Source: a virus
Direction: 5' to 3' (one strand)
DNA length: 64,000 nt
IMG/VR virus record: IMGVR_UViG_3300005758_000132
Coordinates: 45,014 to 109,013 of that record
Shown here piece by piece: positions 51,655 to 60,267 of the stretch. The position numbers and the translations under genes are program-made. The notes below the pieces were generated by a model, which saw only the letters and a list, made by a program, of their open reading frames with translations, made no database searches and was not told the origin of the DNA. The first letter of the stretch is position 1. Every line of letters begins with the position of its first letter.

Positions 51655-52543
51655 GTACAGTTCTCCTGCCAGCTTCTACCGCGCGTGCGAAAATAGACAC
51701 GGCGCGACCATAGCTCACGCCCATCGACACCGCGGTCTCCACTAACATACCAAGAGCATCTGACTCGTCAATAGCAGGTCTAGCGCCTACGAGAAACGAA
51801 AGCCTGTTAAGCTCAGTCTCTGGGTATCTAGATTCGCGTAACTGCTTAGCAAACGCCTTCAATGTTGCCTGAGACCATGCTGACGGGTTGCGAATCTTTT
51901 CAGCCTGTGTCCGTTTAGACACGAGCGTGGGTCTATTGACACGCGTAAGAGCAGCCATGAGAGATGACGGCGGCTTAGCGAAAGTGAAGACTTCTGCGAC
52001 AGGTCGGTACACACCGTTTCGAGTGCGCGATAAAGGCACTACGGCGGCGCCTGACGCACCTACGACGTCCACACCAGGGTGAATAGCGTCGCTTGAGCTA
52101 CGCGCCGAAAAATCGCTGCGAGAAAACCAAATGTGTATCCCGTTTCTCGGCGTTTCAACAGACGCGCAAACTGGTATCTCGCCGATATTTCGCTGATACC
52201 AATCAACTCCGTCCACGCCGTTTTTGCGATCCAGGTCGAGCACAAAGACGCCTGCCTTCAGCATCCCGATAGCGCCCGGAGAACCGCGCGTCGAGACATC
52301 CGCCTGCTCCGGATCTAGCGTCGCCTTGTCGCGCGTCCACTGCATTTTTAGACGTGCCTCTTGGACATCTTCGTACGCTGGAACGACGCCTATTCCTGCG
52401 TAACATAGGAACGATAGAATGCTTTTCCTATTGACCGCACAATGTGAGGTCGGCATAATACTACACGGCATGAGGAACCACGCGAAGGTCTGAAGCCAAT
52501 TAAAAGGGCGGTGTCGTTGGGGCGGCACTGCCCTTCTTGCCAT
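51647..52543 (-). CDS. Bifunctional primase-polymerase (Prim-Pol, AEP) domain protein
   Basis: VLDLD, ETPRNGIHIWF, GVDV..VVPLS; start uncertain. Confidence 0.8.
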   Translation of the reverse strand: MARRAVPPQRHRPFNWLQTFAWFLMPCSIMPTSHCAVNRKSILSFLCYAGIGVVPAYEDVQEARLKMQWTRDKATLDPEQADVSTRGSPGAIGMLKAGVFVLDLDRKNGVDGVDWYQRNIGEIPVCASVETPRNGIHIWFSRSDFSARSSSDAIHPGVDVVGASGAAVVPLSRTRNGVYRPVAEVFTFAKPPSSLMAALTRVNRPTLVSKRTQAEKIRNPSAWSQATLKAFAKQLRESRYPETELNRLSFLVGARPAIDESDALGMLVETAVSMGVSYGRAVSIFARAVEAGRRTVRG

Positions 52544-52756
52544 CTATTAAACTGGGTCGCCTTGTCGAAGTCTAGTGCAATCTTCTGTCACAGCGTGAAC
52601 CAGCGTAAGTCTTAGAATATAAAGAGAAAAATAGCATCGTTTTTTCTCTTTACTTTTGAAGCAAAATAAGGTAAAATTGTACTCTCCAAAAGAGGGTGGT
52701 TAGAAACCAACGCATTTTCGAACCCGAAAATAGGCCACCGCGCGTTTTGCGGCGCA

Positions 52757-52993
52757 CTATCGCGAAGCGCTCTGTCTAAAATCCGGTAATTCACTTGGTG
52801 AAAATTGATTTTCCAAGACTAAATTACGGATTTCTTTAATCAGGACTGCTGAAGCGTTCACGTGCTCAAGTATCTTCTGAACACGCGGTCCGCGCCTAGC
52901 AGGCTCGACGTGGGCGAGGTGTGCTTGATGATACGCTTCTCGAACACTGTCTAACGTAATGTCTAGATACTCGATGAGCTGCTCTGTCGTCAT
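52757..52993 (-). CDS. Hypothetical protein
   Basis: ATGA-coupled start, AGGAG SD. Confidence 0.5.
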   Translation of the reverse strand: MTTEQLIEYLDITLDSVREAYHQAHLAHVEPARRGPRVQKILEHVNASAVLIKEIRNLVLENQFSPSELPDFRQSASR

Positions 52994-53286
52994 GCCGTTG
53001 CTCCTGGTGCTACCCAGAAGATAGTATCCGGCGTGGCCGCGAAGTCCAGATTGTGTATGACTGCTGCGCGCTCCAGCAGCTCCACCGCCCAAGCTACGCG
53101 ATCAGGGTGCTTTAGACGGATGAACAGCATGGCGGCGTTCTTATCCTCAGACGATACGGCCATCACGCCCACGCTCATGTCAGTGCGCGCGAATACATCG
53201 TGCACAGTCCTGATCGCGTCTTTCACGGTGGTCTCGTCAGAGTCTTCCAGCTTAGCATCGTCCATAATTTTATCGCTCATAGTCAT
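52990..53286 (-). CDS. Hypothetical protein
   Basis: Tiles operon. Confidence 0.55.
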   Translation of the reverse strand: MTMSDKIMDDAKLEDSDETTVKDAIRTVHDVFARTDMSVGVMAVSSEDKNAAMLFIRLKHPDRVAWAVELLERAAVIHNLDFAATPDTIFWVAPGATA

Positions 53287-53632
53287 CCTGCCTTGGTCCT
53301 GCGGTTATTTTTTCAGCGCGTAAAAGTATTGAGGTCAAATCATCATCGTCTATAACGTGCACGGATGAAAATCCGGCAATTACGTCATCGATAATTCTTG
53401 CTAGGCGTATTTCCGTCGACGCGACGCTTAAAAGCCGCCTGTAGCACTCAAACTCTGCGTCATACTGAGGTCTATGCGGAAGCCTGATTGATCGCCTCGC
53501 CGCTCTAAGCAGCTTGACGAGATCCTCTGACTCTAGTCGCGTGGTCCTCGATAAAGCCGAGGCGCATAAACGGTTGAGTCGGCTATCGTCGCTGGCCTCG
53601 TAAGCTCGCACTGCGTCTCGGTACGTTGTCAT
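53270..53632 (-). CDS. Hypothetical protein
   Basis: ATGA-coupled. Confidence 0.55.
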   Translation of the reverse strand: MTTYRDAVRAYEASDDSRLNRLCASALSRTTRLESEDLVKLLRAARRSIRLPHRPQYDAEFECYRRLLSVASTEIRLARIIDDVIAGFSSVHVIDDDDLTSILLRAEKITAGPRQDDYER

Positions 53633-55098
53633 TCACTGCCTGCTTCGCCAGCATCACGGTACACGCGACCTTCCGCTTTCTTTTTGCTCGTGTGCGCCGA
53701 CGCCTTGAATAGGTGCCACTTATCGGGTCGAACGCTATCGCCTACCCGCACGTCATGGCCGCGCGAAAGGTACGTTTTAAGACGCTCTCGCGCGTGCTTG
53801 CACACCCACACGCCTTTGCCCTTGGACACGTTCTCACACCAGTCGTAGACGTCCCAGACCTGTCCTGTGCTCTTGCTCGCGGTCTTACGCAGCACTCGGC
53901 CGGTGCCTTGAACACTCATGATAGTAGACGCGCCTGCGCGCGCCATGATTACAGCCGCAAGCTCAGGTACGTTCACACCGACGTTGAAAACGCGCGAAGC
54001 GAGCACGACTGAGAGCTGACCGTTGTTAAGCCGCTCGATAATCGACAGCCTGACGTCCCGATGAGTGGTACCGCTTACGAGCGCTACCTGAACACCTGCT
54101 TGCTTGAACTTTTGGTAAAGTATTTTACCGTGATCCAAGTGCTCGTAAAGAACGAGCGCCGGCTTATCAGCGACGTCAGCGATCTGAACGATAAGGTTGT
54201 TGCGCTCTTCTGACTTCACGATCTCTAGCTCATAAGCCTTGTCGTACTTACCGAGGAACACGTCAGGTTGCCGGAAACGCACCATGCGAATATCAGCGCG
54301 GCTGATGTACCCCTCTTCAGCAAGCTCGCCTTCCGTCTTCTTGTAGCATCTCGGTCCTAGCAGCGCGGCAAGCGCCATAGACTTTCCGTCAGAGCGGTCG
54401 AACGGCGTAGCGCTCAACGCGAACCGCCAATACGCGGGGCAAGCCTTGACGACGTTCGAAAACGTGTCCGCCGGCACCATGTGCGCCTCGTCTATAACAA
54501 GCATCTCAAACGCAGAGAGCGCGCGCGTCGCTGCTACTGGAGCCTTCTTCAAGGCGGCGTACACGGACTGAAAAGTGGCGCAGACAACGCGGTTAGCGGC
54601 TCCTAGTTTAGTCCCAACCTCCTCGCCTGTCTCTTCCATAACGCAGTCAGCGGTTGTCTGCGCGAGAACCGCGTCACCTACTAGGTACAGCGCTCGACCA
54701 GGAAGCGCCGTAAGCAGACCAGCTGAGATAAGCGTTTTGCCAGAACCTGTAGGAAGCTCCGCGACGGCAGCTTCACTTCGGAAGAGCGCCGCCCACGCTT
54801 CTCGCTGATAGTAGTGCAGCTTGGCATCGAGCGCTGGGTGTAAGGTAGGCGTCCCCTCTGGCCTTACTCGTAGGTCGTTGACCGTGATCGTCAGTCCTTC
54901 TTTCCGAGCGGTGTGCAGCACGATCTTGAAAAGACCACTAGGAAACGAGCCCTCCATACCTCTGCTGCGAAGGTAGTTTATTCGCTTGGAGAAACGGCCT
55001 TTGCCCTGCTCGAAGCAAAGATATTGAGACAGCCACTCCAGCTCGTTTCGACTGGAGAACTTCACTCGGCATGTCTGCGTGTCTCTATCGATAATCAT
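53629..55098 (-). CDS. SF2 DEAH helicase (UvsW-like)
   Basis: YQ, PTGSGKT, IDEAH, SAT, QGTGRVLR. Confidence 0.92.
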   Translation of the reverse strand: MIIDRDTQTCRVKFSSRNELEWLSQYLCFEQGKGRFSKRINYLRSRGMEGSFPSGLFKIVLHTARKEGLTITVNDLRVRPEGTPTLHPALDAKLHYYQREAWAALFRSEAAVAELPTGSGKTLISAGLLTALPGRALYLVGDAVLAQTTADCVMEETGEEVGTKLGAANRVVCATFQSVYAALKKAPVAATRALSAFEMLVIDEAHMVPADTFSNVVKACPAYWRFALSATPFDRSDGKSMALAALLGPRCYKKTEGELAEEGYISRADIRMVRFRQPDVFLGKYDKAYELEIVKSEERNNLIVQIADVADKPALVLYEHLDHGKILYQKFKQAGVQVALVSGTTHRDVRLSIIERLNNGQLSVVLASRVFNVGVNVPELAAVIMARAGASTIMSVQGTGRVLRKTASKSTGQVWDVYDWCENVSKGKGVWVCKHARERLKTYLSRGHDVRVGDSVRPDKWHLFKASAHTSKKKAEGRVYRDAGEAGSE

Positions 55099-55493
55099 GG
55101 AGCCTCGTTTCGCGCACGTGCGGTCCTGTACTTCTTACGTCGTGCGCGTAGCGCAGCCTCTGGCGAGGTCTGCGGAGGCACGATGGGCTGCTCAGCGTAT
55201 GACCGCTTACGTCTGCCGATATAGGCTAGACGCGTCGCGTTCCATGCTAGCAGCTCCTCGTACGGCACAAACACTGACGGAGTACGCCCAACACCTTTTC
55301 CGATGCGCCTACAGGTCAGCGAGCCTGCGTCGATCGCGCGGTATATCTGTCGCGGCTGGACGTCCGCTATACGCGACGCGTCGCCTACGCTCACCCAGCG
55401 CAGGCCGCGCGGCGTGTCGGTGATGACGCTGACGGACACCCCTGCGTCCGTCAGCTCGTAGCTTCTACCTGCGCGCTCGATCTTCATCGGCAA
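55095..55493 (-). CDS. Excisionase/MerR-like HTH protein
   Basis: SVGDASRIADVQPRQIYRAIDAGSL. Confidence 0.6.
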   Translation of the reverse strand: MPMKIERAGRSYELTDAGVSVSVITDTPRGLRWVSVGDASRIADVQPRQIYRAIDAGSLTCRRIGKGVGRTPSVFVPYEELLAWNATRLAYIGRRKRSYAEQPIVPPQTSPEAALRARRKKYRTARARNEAP

Positions 55494-55774
55494 ATCTCAC
55501 TGTTAGGACCGGCGTCGACTCTGCAATCAGAGCTGTCTCTGCATATACCTTGTGACTCTCCATAGGCGTCGAAGCATATGCCGTCTATATTCGAGCGACA
55601 CGAAACTGGTACCTCGTAACTCCGAATGGTACAAATCTGAAATCCTCCGTCACAGCTCCAGCACTGCGTCTTCTCGCGCCGATCGCAGTAGAAGCAACTG
55701 TCTTCTCCGCCTGCGCCAGTATCGCATCCCCCGAAACCGGTCGCCGCGCTGAGAATCAAAATTAGTCTCTTCAT
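55484..55774 (-). CDS. Cys-rich lipoprotein
   Basis: MKRLILILSAATGFGG-C lipobox-like signal; GAGGAGG SD; many Cys. Confidence 0.65.
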   Translation of the reverse strand: MKRLILILSAATGFGGCDTGAGGEDSCFYCDRREKTQCWSCDGGFQICTIRSYEVPVSCRSNIDGICFDAYGESQGICRDSSDCRVDAGPNSEICR

Positions 55775-55793
55775 ATCCACCCTCCTCATCACT

Positions 55794-56642
55794 TCAAATA
55801 GCAACCGCGAGCGCTGACTGAATCGTCAGCAGGTGATCCGCGAGAACGTCTACGCGAGATCCAATCAGTGACCTGTACGAGTCTAGCTTAGCCGCCAGCT
55901 TTTCTGCGCGCACCTTGCTGACGTTGACGCTGCGCGTGGCGGGGTCCGCGTCCTTTAGCACGTCCTCGATAGCTGCGACAGCCGTACGATAATCGCGCTC
56001 CAACGAAGCGAAAACCGCGTCGATCGTGTCCTCTGTGGGTAGCGCGTCAATCGTGTAGACGCGATGCTTAGAGGCTTTCATGATAGCGTCCCACAGCTGT
56101 TTATGCGTGTCCCGCTTGGCAGGTGGCACGTAGTAGAATCCGCCCGCGTCACGCAGTGACGTAGCGTTGAAAATCCGGTGGTGCAGTCCAGACAGCCACG
56201 TCGAAAACTGAGTAGCCGCCAAGGTGTCTGACGCGCTAGCTGCCTCAGCTACGATAGCCTCAGCGAGGTCATAGTCGCCGTCCCTGAGATAGACTTCGCA
56301 TGGCACGTCGTTTACCACCTCCACGCGAGCGTACGCAGCCAGCTCGACGTCCTCACCGTCATCGACCGCGCGCTTGTTTACGAGCCACCATGACGACTCG
56401 CTGCGACGGATCGCGATCACTCCATGCTTGCGCGTCTGTCGCGCCGCGCAGCGCTTAGCCACTGCCCGCGCAAGCGCCGCACTAGCGCCGCCGGGGCGCG
56501 GCATGAGGGCTGGGTCGATTATACCAGCCAGAGCGGTCTGAAGATCACTGGCCTTGATGTCTCCGCTAAGAGACCACCAGGTGATAATGCCGGCGCCGTC
56601 TGCGCCCGCAGGCATCGCGATAATTTTTTGATTTGCTTGCAT
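55794..56642 (-). CDS. Hypothetical protein resembling DUF6744 family
   Basis: GIITWWSLSG..GGFYYVP pattern; start ATG 56642 after GGAG. Confidence 0.55.
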   Translation of the reverse strand: MQANQKIIAMPAGADGAGIITWWSLSGDIKASDLQTALAGIIDPALMPRPGGASAALARAVAKRCAARQTRKHGVIAIRRSESSWWLVNKRAVDDGEDVELAAYARVEVVNDVPCEVYLRDGDYDLAEAIVAEAASASDTLAATQFSTWLSGLHHRIFNATSLRDAGGFYYVPPAKRDTHKQLWDAIMKASKHRVYTIDALPTEDTIDAVFASLERDYRTAVAAIEDVLKDADPATRSVNVSKVRAEKLAAKLDSYRSLIGSRVDVLADHLLTIQSALAVAI

Positions 56643-56697
56643 CCTATAGCTCCAAAAGGGTCCTAGAGTTTGAACGTCAGTTTTCGCTGACGAAACG

Positions 56698-56726
56698 TAT
56701 ATAAGCGCAAACGTTTTTAGCGTCAA
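56698..56726 (-). promoter_or_regulatory. Conserved promoter TTGACG-N17-TATATA
   Basis: Spacer CTAAAAACGTTTGCGCT. Confidence 0.85.
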
Positions 56727-56737
56727 CGCATAAAACG

Positions 56738-57649
56738 TCAACGTGCGCTAAAAGTCCATAGCCCGTCGCACAAGTCTGTCAACCGGTGCTTCCAGGCTAG
56801 GGCGTGCGTCCACCGTTCAGGCATACCGGATACGCCATAATAAGCTCCCGCGAGCTGCCCGTAGATAGCTCCATTCGAGTCCGCGTCGCCACCCATGTTC
56901 ACGACGCCGATAAGCCCGTCCTCAAAGGTGTCCGTGTTCGCGAACCACCAGAGCGCCGCCTCAACTCCGTGCATTACGTATCCAGTGTTTCGAAGATCGC
57001 GTGCGAGCCTGAAGGGCAAGTTTTGTAAAACTGCTGCGACGCTTGGGTCTAGGTCGTAAACCTCACGCACTGTCGAGTGCTCAGGGTTTAGCAGCTCCTC
57101 TTTCGACTCGCCTGCGATGGCTCGCGCAATCAACCCGCTGAAGAGTGCGCAGGAAGCGACCGCCTGCGATCCACCGTGCGTGGTTCGGCTCATCTGCATG
57201 GCATACGCCATACTCAGTGACGGTGTGCGCCAGTAGGCCATCGGTATCGGTGCTAGGCGCATCAGACTGCCGTTGCCGTTATCCGAGTCAGATGTACCGC
57301 CGGCGAAGGCCTCGCCCGTGCGGTCAAACTTGCCTAGCGCGCGTGACGTCGTGGCGCCAATGTCAAAGCAGTATCCTTTGACGCTCCATAGGCCGTGCCG
57401 CCACCACTGGACGTAACGCGTCATCTGGTCGATCGGATCAAACTGGTTACGCGTCACCAGCGACTCAGCTAGGCAGCAAGCCATGGAGGTGTCATCCGTC
57501 CACTCGCCAGCCTTCATGCTGAATGGACCACCGCCGATCATCTCAGTGTGCGGCGTGCGCGTAGGTGGTCCAAACTCAAGCGTAGTGCCTAGCGCGTCAC
57601 CAACTGCGAGCCCGATGAGGGCTCCGTCAAATCTATCTCTCGTCATCAT
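56738..57649 (-). CDS. ADP-ribosylglycohydrolase (ARH/DraG family)
   Basis: GDALG, WTDDT, GNGSLMRLAP, THG, GGDADS..GQLAGAYYG. Confidence 0.93.
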   Translation of the reverse strand: MMTRDRFDGALIGLAVGDALGTTLEFGPPTRTPHTEMIGGGPFSMKAGEWTDDTSMACCLAESLVTRNQFDPIDQMTRYVQWWRHGLWSVKGYCFDIGATTSRALGKFDRTGEAFAGGTSDSDNGNGSLMRLAPIPMAYWRTPSLSMAYAMQMSRTTHGGSQAVASCALFSGLIARAIAGESKEELLNPEHSTVREVYDLDPSVAAVLQNLPFRLARDLRNTGYVMHGVEAALWWFANTDTFEDGLIGVVNMGGDADSNGAIYGQLAGAYYGVSGMPERWTHALAWKHRLTDLCDGLWTFSAR

Positions 57650-57659
57650 GTTCCTCTAA

Positions 57660-57974
57660 TTACGCGAAGCGCGCGCGGTGATTTTTGAGCGCCTCGATCA
57701 AATCTTTCTCATCGCTGATGAAGGCGCTAGTGCCGTGCATAAGCTCGACAACCAACACGTCTTTATAGACGCTAGGCGTCTCGTCGTCCTCACTGACAGG
57801 GTCTTCCCTGACGTACTCGTTACGGACGCGTAGAGCGCCCGTGGGCCAGCCCTGCCAGCCCTCGCTTTTGAGACCGGGAAAGGTGAAGTACACCGCCCCA
57901 TCCGCCTTCCCTTCGATACGAAACTCGCCAACGGTGGCGGCAACCGCTTCAGTAATCTTGTTCCACGTAAGCAT
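57660..57974 (-). CDS. Hypothetical protein
   Basis: AAGGAG SD, first gene after promoter. Confidence 0.65.
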   Translation of the reverse strand: MLTWNKITEAVAATVGEFRIEGKADGAVYFTFPGLKSEGWQGWPTGALRVRNEYVREDPVSEDDETPSVYKDVLVVELMHGTSAFISDEKDLIEALKNHRARFA

Positions 57975-58022
57975 TCCTAGTTCTCCTTGGGGCTTGGTTA
58001 GTTGCTCGCCCCTGATGAGTCT

Positions 58023-58051
58023 TGTATAAGAACAATCGTTTTTCGCGTCAA
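58023..58051 (-). promoter_or_regulatory. Conserved promoter TTGACG-N17-TATACA
   Basis: Spacer CGAAAAACGATTGTTCT. Confidence 0.85.
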
Positions 58052-58061
58052 CATAAAACGC

Positions 58062-58259
58062 TCAGGATTTACGCTTTTTCGCTCGTTTGCGACCCGTGTT
58101 ACCGTTGAAGTAATCTAGGATGAGATCCCTCTCTTTGTTGAGAGCGTCGAACTCCTTCCACAATGGAATGCTAGTCATGGGATCGGAGCGAAGCGCTGCC
58201 AACCTGATGTTCTCAATATCCTTCTCGATACCGACGAGCCGTGTGTGAAAGTAGTCCAT
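58062..58259 (-). CDS. Hypothetical protein with basic tail
   Basis: ATG 58259 after AAGGAG. Confidence 0.6.
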   Translation of the reverse strand: MDYFHTRLVGIEKDIENIRLAALRSDPMTSIPLWKEFDALNKERDLILDYFNGNTGRKRAKKRKS

Positions 58260-58302
58260 CGTCCTTCTCCTTGGGGCTCTGTTCTCGCCCCCTGATGAGT
58301 CT

Positions 58303-58331
58303 TGTATAAGCGCAAACGTTTTTCGCGTCAA
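58303..58331 (-). promoter_or_regulatory. Conserved promoter TTGACG-N17-TATACA
   Basis: Spacer CGAAAAACGTTTGCGCT. Confidence 0.88.
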
Positions 58332-58539
58332 CAGAAAAAATACACGTTTGCGTTATTTTTATTTCGTAGATAAAACAACGGCTTACGTAAGGTAAAAGTT
58401 TTTACCTTACGCGCTAATCCAGCGTCGAACGCCGTTGCTAACGTTTTTCACGTAGGAGCGCTGGCCAAAAATCCGTTCCGCGATGCCTAGATGACTCAAA
58501 AAGTTTACGAAGCAAACGAAGTCCTATATAAGGCCTCGC

Positions 58540-59175
58540 ATGTTTACCGCGCTCAATAACGTTTTCTTTTCTATTTCAGTGGCTTATTTCACGCCGTCTG
58601 TTGAAGACATGACTCGCGTAGAGCAGATGATTCAGCTATGCGACGGAGCTAGTGAGGCGTCGACCAATCCTTATGACGTGCTCAGAATGCTGCAACTTGA
58701 GCGTGATCTAGGTGTGCCTGACGAAGCGTCGGGGATACTCGTAGCCGCCTGGTGCCATGAAGCGGGCCTACGGCTAAGCGACAAAGACGGCGGACCTCTG
58801 AGAGGAGATTGGCGTAATGGTGTCGCGATGGCGCATGGACCGTTTCAGCTATGGCCGTGGCACCGCGCATGGTGCGGTCTCGCGAAAGGTGGCGCTGACG
58901 ATCTAATCGCGTCCGCGACCTGCTACTGGCGCAGGATCGTAGATCGCTACGAAGTCAGGACCGCAGGGTGTAGCGATAGGTGGCGCGTTGCTGAAGCGCT
59001 AGCAGCCAACGGACCGCGTTATAGGCACTGGGGGTGCAAGGCTAGGTCAAAGCACTGGCTGCTGCTGGAGCGCTGGAGGACGCCTATTCTTCAGGCGGTA
59101 GCTCAGATATCTCGTGCGACGCCGCGGTCGCAGTCGCTAGGGCTCGAACGCTGGCAAGATACCCCGCAGCTTTGA
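58540..59175 (+). CDS. Lysozyme-fold/lytic transglycosylase-like protein
   Basis: AAWCHEAG (catalytic Glu) and AHGPFQL motifs; hydrophobic N-terminus; only credible plus-strand gene. Confidence 0.6.
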   Translation: MFTALNNVFFSISVAYFTPSVEDMTRVEQMIQLCDGASEASTNPYDVLRMLQLERDLGVPDEASGILVAAWCHEAGLRLSDKDGGPLRGDWRNGVAMAHGPFQLWPWHRAWCGLAKGGADDLIASATCYWRRIVDRYEVRTAGCSDRWRVAEALAANGPRYRHWGCKARSKHWLLLERWRTPILQAVAQISRATPRSQSLGLERWQDTPQL

Positions 59176-59629
59176 CGTCGTCTAGCTCAGCCTCCGTACC
59201 GATCTCGCGACGCGCAAATACCCATGACAGGTACCCAACGCATCTCACAGCCGCGACGACATGCTCTACGGACGGCGGTTGCGCACTGTTTATCGCGACG
59301 CCTCCGAGCCAATCGCTAGACGTAGTAGCACCGATCATGCGGACTAGCATGACAGACATCCGACGCCACAGCAGCGATCGGTCTGGTAGACCTAGCGCCA
59401 ACACGCGCTCGTATGTCCACGGATAGGGATAGTGCGCGAGTTCTCCGCAGCTTTTGACGTCCACGTAACAGTGTATGCAGAGACCGAGCTGACTGCGAAT
59501 CGGGCTGTTTTCGCGCTCGCAACGCCGACAGAGACCAGGCGTGGGTGTCTGTCTGAAAGACCCTCGATGACTGGGCAAAAACCCAGCAGGTAGGCGAAGT
59601 TTGCGTTTGCCCTTCGCCTTACCTGTCAT
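59084..59629 (-). CDS. Hypothetical protein with Zn-ribbon
   Basis: CRRC..GLCIHCY; ATGA-coupled. Confidence 0.5.
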   Translation of the reverse strand: MTGKAKGKRKLRLPAGFLPSHRGSFRQTPTPGLCRRCERENSPIRSQLGLCIHCYVDVKSCGELAHYPYPWTYERVLALGLPDRSLLWRRMSVMLVRMIGATTSSDWLGGVAINSAQPPSVEHVVAAVRCVGYLSWVFARREIGTEAELDDVKAAGYLASVRALATATAASHEISELPPEE

Positions 59630-60063
59630 CGCGCTAGCTCAATCGCCGCGTATGTCACCGCTCCGCCGAGTAGGACGCCAATAGTAAGCACCACAGCCGG
59701 TCGCTCGAAAAACGTGATAGGACGCGCTTCACGCACGATCACAGGCGGCTTTTTCTCGCAAGCGATATAGGCAGTTTGAAGCGTTTCTAGTTTCTTCGAG
59801 CAAGCAGCGGCATCTGAGGCAGCGTCTTGCTTGCATTGGTCAAGATCGATACGGTAATCGCTGCATTCAGCGGCTGCAAGCAACGCAACCAGCCGCAGTG
59901 ACGGAACCAAGTCGCCGTCGCATGGAGCTGAAACACCCTTGATCAGCGGATAGGCCTTGTCACACGGCACCGGTACTCTAGGCGTTGACGTGGGAGTAGG
60001 TGTAGGCTGCGCGTGCACTGATGTTGCTAGCGCTAACGTTGTCGAAACGATCACAGAACGCAT
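59626..60063 (-). CDS. Exported protein with C-terminal TM (spanin-like)
   Basis: Signal peptide, Cys-rich coiled coil, C-terminal hydrophobic helix, in lysis region. Confidence 0.5.
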   Translation of the reverse strand: MRSVIVSTTLALATSVHAQPTPTPTSTPRVPVPCDKAYPLIKGVSAPCDGDLVPSLRLVALLAAAECSDYRIDLDQCKQDAASDAAACSKKLETLQTAYIACEKKPPVIVREARPITFFERPAVVLTIGVLLGGAVTYAAIELAR

Positions 60064-60069
60064 AACACC

Positions 60070-60267
60070 TCACAGCAGTGCGCGAACAGCAGCATCTTTT
60101 GCTTCGAGCAGTCGTTGTAGCGCGACGCTACGCTGACCGTTCTCCGGAAGGTTGCTCAATACCCAGTTAGCCGCCTCGTGAAAAACCTTACTGACTTCCT
60201 GCAAGTGCGATGGCAAATGTGAATAACTGAAGAATTTTAGCTCTGGCGGTGGAACTACGATACTCAC
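60070..60267 (-). CDS. Conserved small phage helical-hairpin protein
   Basis: FFSYSHLP.HLQ.VS..F...LP...R.VAL..LLEAKDAAVRA. Confidence 0.7.
   Translation of the reverse strand: MSIVVPPPELKFFSYSHLPSHLQEVSKVFHEAANWVLSNLPENGQRSVALQRLLEAKDAAVRALL

Noticed and set aside
55095-55493. Excisionase-like HTH as evidence for a prophage
   Set aside because: No integrase, att site or host genes in the window; the fold is common in regulators.
58012-58320. CTGATGAG twice, resembling a hammerhead ribozyme core
   Set aside because: No stem II followed by GAAA and no closing stems; it is the antisense of the promoter's initial transcribed region.
24490-58331. Apparent protein family starting MTRKTF (24750, 30119, 58331; also LTRKTF at 44.9 kb and LTLKTF at 56.7 kb)
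   Set aside because: Translation of the promoter DNA TTGACGCGAAAAACGTTT; real starts lie downstream after SD sequences.
57981-58333. Direct repeats as a CRISPR array
   Set aside because: Only two adjacent copies 280 nt apart enclosing a gene; no cas genes.
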